A DNA stretch of 64,000 bases, from contig CBDFIJ010000004.1 in NCBI GenBank assembly GCA_965248055.1, positions 928,001-992,000 on the forward strand, in the 5' to 3' direction. Position 1 is the stretch's first letter. Each line of letters starts with the position of its first letter. The translations under genes were made by a program, and so were the position numbers. Below, in pieces: positions 59,702-64,000 of this stretch. Source of the stretch: Candidatus Multivoradales bacterium (GTDB lineage: Bacteria > Acidobacteriota > Thermoanaerobaculia > Multivoradales > JAHEKO01). The notes below the pieces were generated by a model. The model had not been told where the DNA came from. It saw only the letters and a list, made by a program, of their open reading frames with translations, and did no database searches.

Positions 59702-59962
59702 CTACTGTTCTTGGGCAGTCTTTTCGCCACCAAACCGCTGACGGAACCTCTCGATACGGCCCGCGGTGTCGACGAAATGCTGTTTGCCAGTATAGAAGGG
59801 GTGCGAGGCAGAAGAGATCTCAAGACGAATCACGTAGTGATCCACTCCGTCAATCTTGCGCACCTCGTCACTGGTCTTCGTCGAACGACTGACGAACTCA
59901 AAATCGGCGCCAGTATCGACATAGACCACCGGGTGGTATTCAGGATGGATGTCTGACTTCAT
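59702..59962 (-). CDS. rpmE2: 50S ribosomal protein L31 type B (no cysteines)
   Basis: [33 protein letters not shown]. Confidence 0.95.
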   Translation of the reverse strand: MKSDIHPEYHPVVYVDTGADFEFVSRSTKTSDEVRKIDGVDHYVIRLEISSASHPFYTGKQHFVDTAGRIERFRQRFGGEKTAQEQ

Positions 59963-60104
59963 AGCTGTTTCCTTGCGCCAGCGCGTACTAACCCTGCACG
60001 CCGCTAGGGCGAAGTGCGAATTCTAGGCAATTACCGGCGCGATGGCAACCGGTTGTCTTAGACAATTCCGTCGGCGTTCAGAGAACACTCAACCCAGGCA
60101 GCGA

Positions 60105-60923
60105 CTACTCAGCCGCAGCTTGCAGAGTGACCATCCTGGTGACTTCGTTGTATAGCCCCGGCACAACGTTTCCGGTCGAGTCCAGCAGACTCAGTTCAAC
60201 GGTCACTTCGCCCATCGGTAGGCCTTCAATCAGGTACGGTTGCCACTGATCAATGAGGAATTCCTGGCCATTGATCAGCGCGCGGACGCGGTAGCCATCA
60301 GCGCTCAAAGAGACGTTGGCAAGATAGAAGTCGAGCATCAATTTCTCGGTGTCCGACCCGACGTAGGTACCTTTGGGCCGACTGTAGAACAGATGCGGCG
60401 CCCCAGTATCAAACGCTTCCCCGTCACTTCCCTCGCTCACCACCACCTCGGTCAATACCGCTGCGGTCGGCTCTTTGACGCTCTCATGGTACGACCGTGA
60501 GAGAAACGCCAACACGGTGTGTCGGCCCGGTGCAAGATCGATCTCGGCTTGATCAGTGTAGTGCGCCGAGTAGGGGCCGTTATCGACGATCAAGTGGATG
60601 TGCTGCCCTTTCCCAGAATTGGCCAAGCCGTTGGACCCGGCGTCAGCGGTCTGGGTGCCGAGTTCGTAGCCCGCGACGGCGAAGTCGAAGGTACCGTTCG
60701 CGGGGTCAAAGTCATTCAAAGTCAACGTGACACCCGGGTAATCGGGTGACCCTGACAAAGGACTCAGCCTGATGGACGACACTGGGACGGAAGACGCAAC
60801 GGCAGCGGTCTCAGTAGAAGCCGCAGTCGATGCCTCTTCGCCTGCTTGGTCGGCTGGCGCGCAACCCATGCCCACCGCCAACAGGGTCATCCATGCAAGA
60901 TTCCAAGAGTGGTGCTTTTTCAT
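60105..60923 (-). CDS. Conserved hypothetical lipoprotein
   Basis: Lipobox GMGC; GQHIHLIVDNGPY, FLSRSYHESVK, LFYSRPKGTY, LDFYL. Confidence 0.75.
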   Translation of the reverse strand: MKKHHSWNLAWMTLLAVGMGCAPADQAGEEASTAASTETAAVASSVPVSSIRLSPLSGSPDYPGVTLTLNDFDPANGTFDFAVAGYELGTQTADAGSNGLANSGKGQHIHLIVDNGPYSAHYTDQAEIDLAPGRHTVLAFLSRSYHESVKEPTAAVLTEVVVSEGSDGEAFDTGAPHLFYSRPKGTYVGSDTEKLMLDFYLANVSLSADGYRVRALINGQEFLIDQWQPYLIEGLPMGEVTVELSLLDSTGNVVPGLYNEVTRMVTLQAAAE

Positions 60924-60993
60924 CGTCGTCTCCCTGTCGATTCCAGTTCTGACCTGTTGAGGCAATTCGCCGATGTTGACAAACGCTCTGCAG

Positions 60994-62523
60994 CTAGCCG
61001 CTGTCCTGACCGCCGCTACTTTCGGCGGCACCGATCGGTTCCGCTTGGCGCAATGTGGCAACGCCGGCTAGCACCTTATCGCAGGACTCAGACGATAGTC
61101 GCAGTGCTCCAGGGCGATTGTCCGCAGTGGCCAAACAGCCTTGCTCTGGCGGCGTCACAGAGTACAGTTCTAAGACCCGTTCCTGGTTCTCGGTGGTCAA
61201 AGTCACCGCCAAGCTGGGGTCGTCGGACAAGGAGGCCTCGATTTTCTCAAATGAATCTGCCCGGGCCTCGGACATCGCGTAAAGAACCTCGGTCGCTGCG
61301 GAGAAACTGATCGGCTCGCCGTCCCGCTGCCAATCTCCAGCGACCTTTGCAAGTTGAATCTCACCGTCAGCATCGACTAGCACCGCACCATCAACGTCGT
61401 AACCTTGAACCGGGGACCAGGTGGGAGATCGCCACTCGCCCGCGGCACGCGTCGCTGCTTTATACAAAGCAGTAGTATCGAGACGCACCCGCTCTCCGTC
61501 AACCACTGCCTGACTACCAGTCTGATTGGCAGTCTGATTGGCACCACCCCAGCTGACACTCCAGGTCTCGCCGTTTTCCAACTCCACCAATAAGCTGGTG
61601 CTGCTGGCTCCAGTCAGTGCTTCGGCTCCAGTCAGTGCTTCGGCTCCAGTCAGTGCTTCGGCTCCAGTCAGTGCTTCGCTGTCGCCAGAAGTCAACGGCT
61701 CTGGGGCCCCACCTGGCGAATCGTCGAGATAAGCCTCTGCGCGCAGACCCACAATGGTGGCGAGCAAGGAATCCACCAAACTGCGGTCCGCAAGGTCGTC
61801 CACTGGTGCCGTGAGGCGAAACCCCGTAGCTGTGTCCCTTTCCAGCGTCACAGTATTTTCTGAAGTCACAGGGTCTTCCAGGGCCACAGTGTCTTCCTGT
61901 GTCAACCGGTCGCCACCCGAGAAAGAAACCCGTTGGATCTGGCCTCGGGCCTGCCAAAACAAGCGCTTGCTACGCCACTCAATCGGCTCACTTTCCAGTT
62001 GATCGAGCCAGGTGTCCGGCACCAGATCGACCGCTGCATCGCCCAGGGATATCGCCACTTGCTCCAATCCCGGCAGACGATCACCCACCGCCAGGTCATA
62101 AGACCCTTCGTCGGTTGCAAGCTGGAGTCGCCACTGGGGATCTCCCAGTCCGTAGTCGGTCAGATCAACGTCATCCAAATGGCGACTGCGATCTAGATCG
62201 GCCAACGATTGCACAATGCGAGAGATCTTTGCCTCATCGGCGTGGGCTTTGATCGGTTGGCGTAGCCACCAACGCGCTTCATCGACCGGGTCGCCATCTT
62301 GATCCTCACTTTCATGAACATCAGTCGGTTCTCGCTCCAAGACTATTTCGCTGTCGCCTGAACTCAATACCAGACGCTGGACCCGGTCGGCCTCAATTTG
62401 AAAGATCCGATCCGCGCGCTCTCGACGCTGTGTGCTGCCGGGGCGATCGCGATCGACAAACCAAGCGAACAAGCCGAGCACAACCACCGCCAAAGCCAGC
62501 CAGAAAATCGATTTGGGCTTCAT
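60994..62523 (-). CDS. DUF4340 domain protein
   Basis: N-terminal TM; W.LRQPI..AD, DYGL..P, WRSKRL; downstream of a GldG-like gene. Confidence 0.8.
   Translation of the reverse strand: MKPKSIFWLALAVVVLGLFAWFVDRDRPGSTQRRERADRIFQIEADRVQRLVLSSGDSEIVLEREPTDVHESEDQDGDPVDEARWWLRQPIKAHADEAKISRIVQSLADLDRSRHLDDVDLTDYGLGDPQWRLQLATDEGSYDLAVGDRLPGLEQVAISLGDAAVDLVPDTWLDQLESEPIEWRSKRLFWQARGQIQRVSFSGGDRLTQEDTVALEDPVTSENTVTLERDTATGFRLTAPVDDLADRSLVDSLLATIVGLRAEAYLDDSPGGAPEPLTSGDSEALTGAEALTGAEALTGAEALTGASSTSLLVELENGETWSVSWGGANQTANQTGSQAVVDGERVRLDTTALYKAATRAAGEWRSPTWSPVQGYDVDGAVLVDADGEIQLAKVAGDWQRDGEPISFSAATEVLYAMSEARADSFEKIEASLSDDPSLAVTLTTENQERVLELYSVTPPEQGCLATADNRPGALRLSSESCDKVLAGVATLRQAEPIGAAESSGGQDSG
61606..61677. 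repeat. Four perfect copies of an 18-bp coding repeat (EALTGA)
   Basis: GGCTCCAGTCAGTGCTTC x4. Confidence 0.95.
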
Positions 62524-62557
62524 TGCAACCTTGCCACGACCGAGTTTGGTACAACGT

Positions 62558-64000
62558 CTAGCGGCGACGACGCCGATAGACCGCGAATCCCGCCACCAAG
62601 ACCGTCAAGGGGACTAATACAACGGTCAACCAACGAGCTCCCGCCATCTGATTCTGGGTCAGGTTGAGCCGGGTCTGCTCTGGAGTGCGCGGAGGAATTG
62701 CCACCGCCGCGTCTCGCTCTGCCAGCCAATTGACCAGATTGGAGAACAGAAAGGCGTTTCCGGAGTTGCCGATCTGATTGTCGGTGGCAAACTCCGAATC
62801 GCCGATCACCACCATGCGCAAGGAATCTGTCCGATCAACGGCATCTGCAGTCGATTCCGCTGTGGAATCGGACAACTCTCCGGGAGCATCAAAACTCTCA
62901 CCCCCGGCAGCCAGTTCCGATTCAGATTCCACCTCGACCGCGATCGCCAAGGCCACTGGCCCGAGACGATCCGACTCATCTCGCTGCACTTGGTCCAAGT
63001 GCTCCAAGTCGCGTTCTCCCCAACCATCGTCAGTGGTTTGAATCAAAGTCTCGGAGCGCAGACCTTCAACTTCGGTCGCCGCCACCGACTGCGCCAGCGG
63101 CAAGATCACGTTCAATGAAGCCTCTTCCAAAGTCCGGGTTGCCGGGTGGTCGCCAAAATTTCCGGCGAACAACGTCTCAGCACCAAAAAACGGTACCGCT
63201 CCCGACGGGTCGACCACGATGTCGGCACCCAGTTCGACGCCGTTGGCCGCCAGAACTTGCTCCAATCCGGTCGTCGCCGCTCCACCCAAAGGAGAAAACT
63301 GTGGGTCGATCATCGCCAATAGTCGTCCCCCGGAGTCTAGGTAGCTAGCAATGGCGTCCGCCTCTGGCGGCGTGAATGGGATCTTGGGCCCCGCGACCAC
63401 CAGCAGTTCGGTTCCTGATGGTACCGAAGGATCGGCCAGCGATTCCCAGGCAACGACCTCAAAGTTGTCGCGCTCCAGTAGCGTCTTGACCGCGGTGAGC
63501 CCGGCACCACTGGGGTCATCGACATCGGCCTCGCCATGACCGCGGGTCAGCGCAACCACGCGACGACGGCCTTCCGCCAAACCCAAGATCGCCGCGGTGA
63601 ATTCTTGCTCTCCCTTGAATCCCTTGATCGTCGGCCCCTCGCCGAATTGCATCCCGGAATAGTCGTATTCGATCAGGTCGTCGGTTTCCACCATGCGCTG
63701 AGCTTCGCCACTGTCGAAGATCACCACATTGACCGCACCCTGCTGCATCAGCTCCTGAGCCCGAGCCAGGTCGCGTGCCGGATCGACATCGACCACGCTG
63801 ATTCGCGACGAGGCCGCCTCATAGCGGCTGAGCAACTCTTTGGCCTGTTGATAGCCAGCGGCTTCAGGATCGACAAACATCGTCACCGCAATGTCCTGAT
63901 CGAGCTCAGCAAGGATGTTCTCGCTCTTCTCCGACAACGAATAGAGACTGCTTTGGGTCCAATCCCAGCGCGCGAAGTACTTCCACCCAAAGTAATTCAC
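62558..64000 (-). CDS. GldG family ABC-type auxiliary component (5' end outside window)
   Basis: RWDWTQSSLYSLS, GHGE, LVVAGP, YLDSGG, VIGDSEF, N.VNWL, C-terminal TM and RRRRR. Confidence 0.88.
   Translation of the reverse strand: MNYFGWKYFARWDWTQSSLYSLSEKSENILAELDQDIAVTMFVDPEAAGYQQAKELLSRYEAASSRISVVDVDPARDLARAQELMQQGAVNVVIFDSGEAQRMVETDDLIEYDYSGMQFGEGPTIKGFKGEQEFTAAILGLAEGRRRVVALTRGHGEADVDDPSGAGLTAVKTLLERDNFEVVAWESLADPSVPSGTELLVVAGPKIPFTPPEADAIASYLDSGGRLLAMIDPQFSPLGGAATTGLEQVLAANGVELGADIVVDPSGAVPFFGAETLFAGNFGDHPATRTLEEASLNVILPLAQSVAATEVEGLRSETLIQTTDDGWGERDLEHLDQVQRDESDRLGPVALAIAVEVESESELAAGGESFDAPGELSDSTAESTADAVDRTDSLRMVVIGDSEFATDNQIGNSGNAFLFSNLVNWLAERDAAVAIPPRTPEQTRLNLTQNQMAGARWLTVVLVPLTVLVAGFAVYRRRRR

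Noticed and set aside
60053-60065. Palindrome TTGTCT-T-AGACAA upstream of rpmE2 as a Zur box
   Set aside because: Short and not matching the Zur/Fur consensus I know; could be chance or part of a terminator.
61606-61677. Short direct repeats as a possible CRISPR array
   Set aside because: Contiguous 18-bp units with no spacers, in frame within a CDS, and no cas genes nearby.

Overview
Bacterial chromosomal window of moderately high GC. The gene set (GWxTD protein, CRTAC1/ASPIC protein, multiheme-TPR protein, DUF4340/GldG) suggests Acidobacteriota; this is inference. Most of it is housekeeping or envelope genes: a CusCBA-type metal efflux operon, rimK/ASTE, amidase, dppBC, aroA, lpxH, mrp, mlaEFD, UDP-sugar enzymes, folE, rlmD, pyrE, apaH, lemA/TPM, mscS, rpsN and rpmE2. 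Highlights: (1) A compact RiPP-like cluster at 49200-50941 (minus strand) with a precursor-like ORF ending in two tandem 9-aa Trp-rich repeats (WRAQWAHNS/WVAQWAQNT), a PqqD/MftB-like RRE and a radical SAM enzyme. The precursor and RRE share one reading frame, separated by a single TGA that is followed by a SECIS-like hairpin. (2) Two selenoprotein genes that the ORF track splits or misses, each with a CxxU motif and a clear SECIS hairpin: AhpD/CMD-like at 392-982 and SelW/Rdx at 40455-40688. (3) Two defective IS481-family copies, one with a nested IS256, plus an orphan IS481 end at 1905. (4) Small Cys/His-rich proteins and an archaeal-type GAPDH-like enzyme. I recognised no rRNA, tRNA or CRISPR array. 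All product calls come from motif recognition by eye, not database searches.
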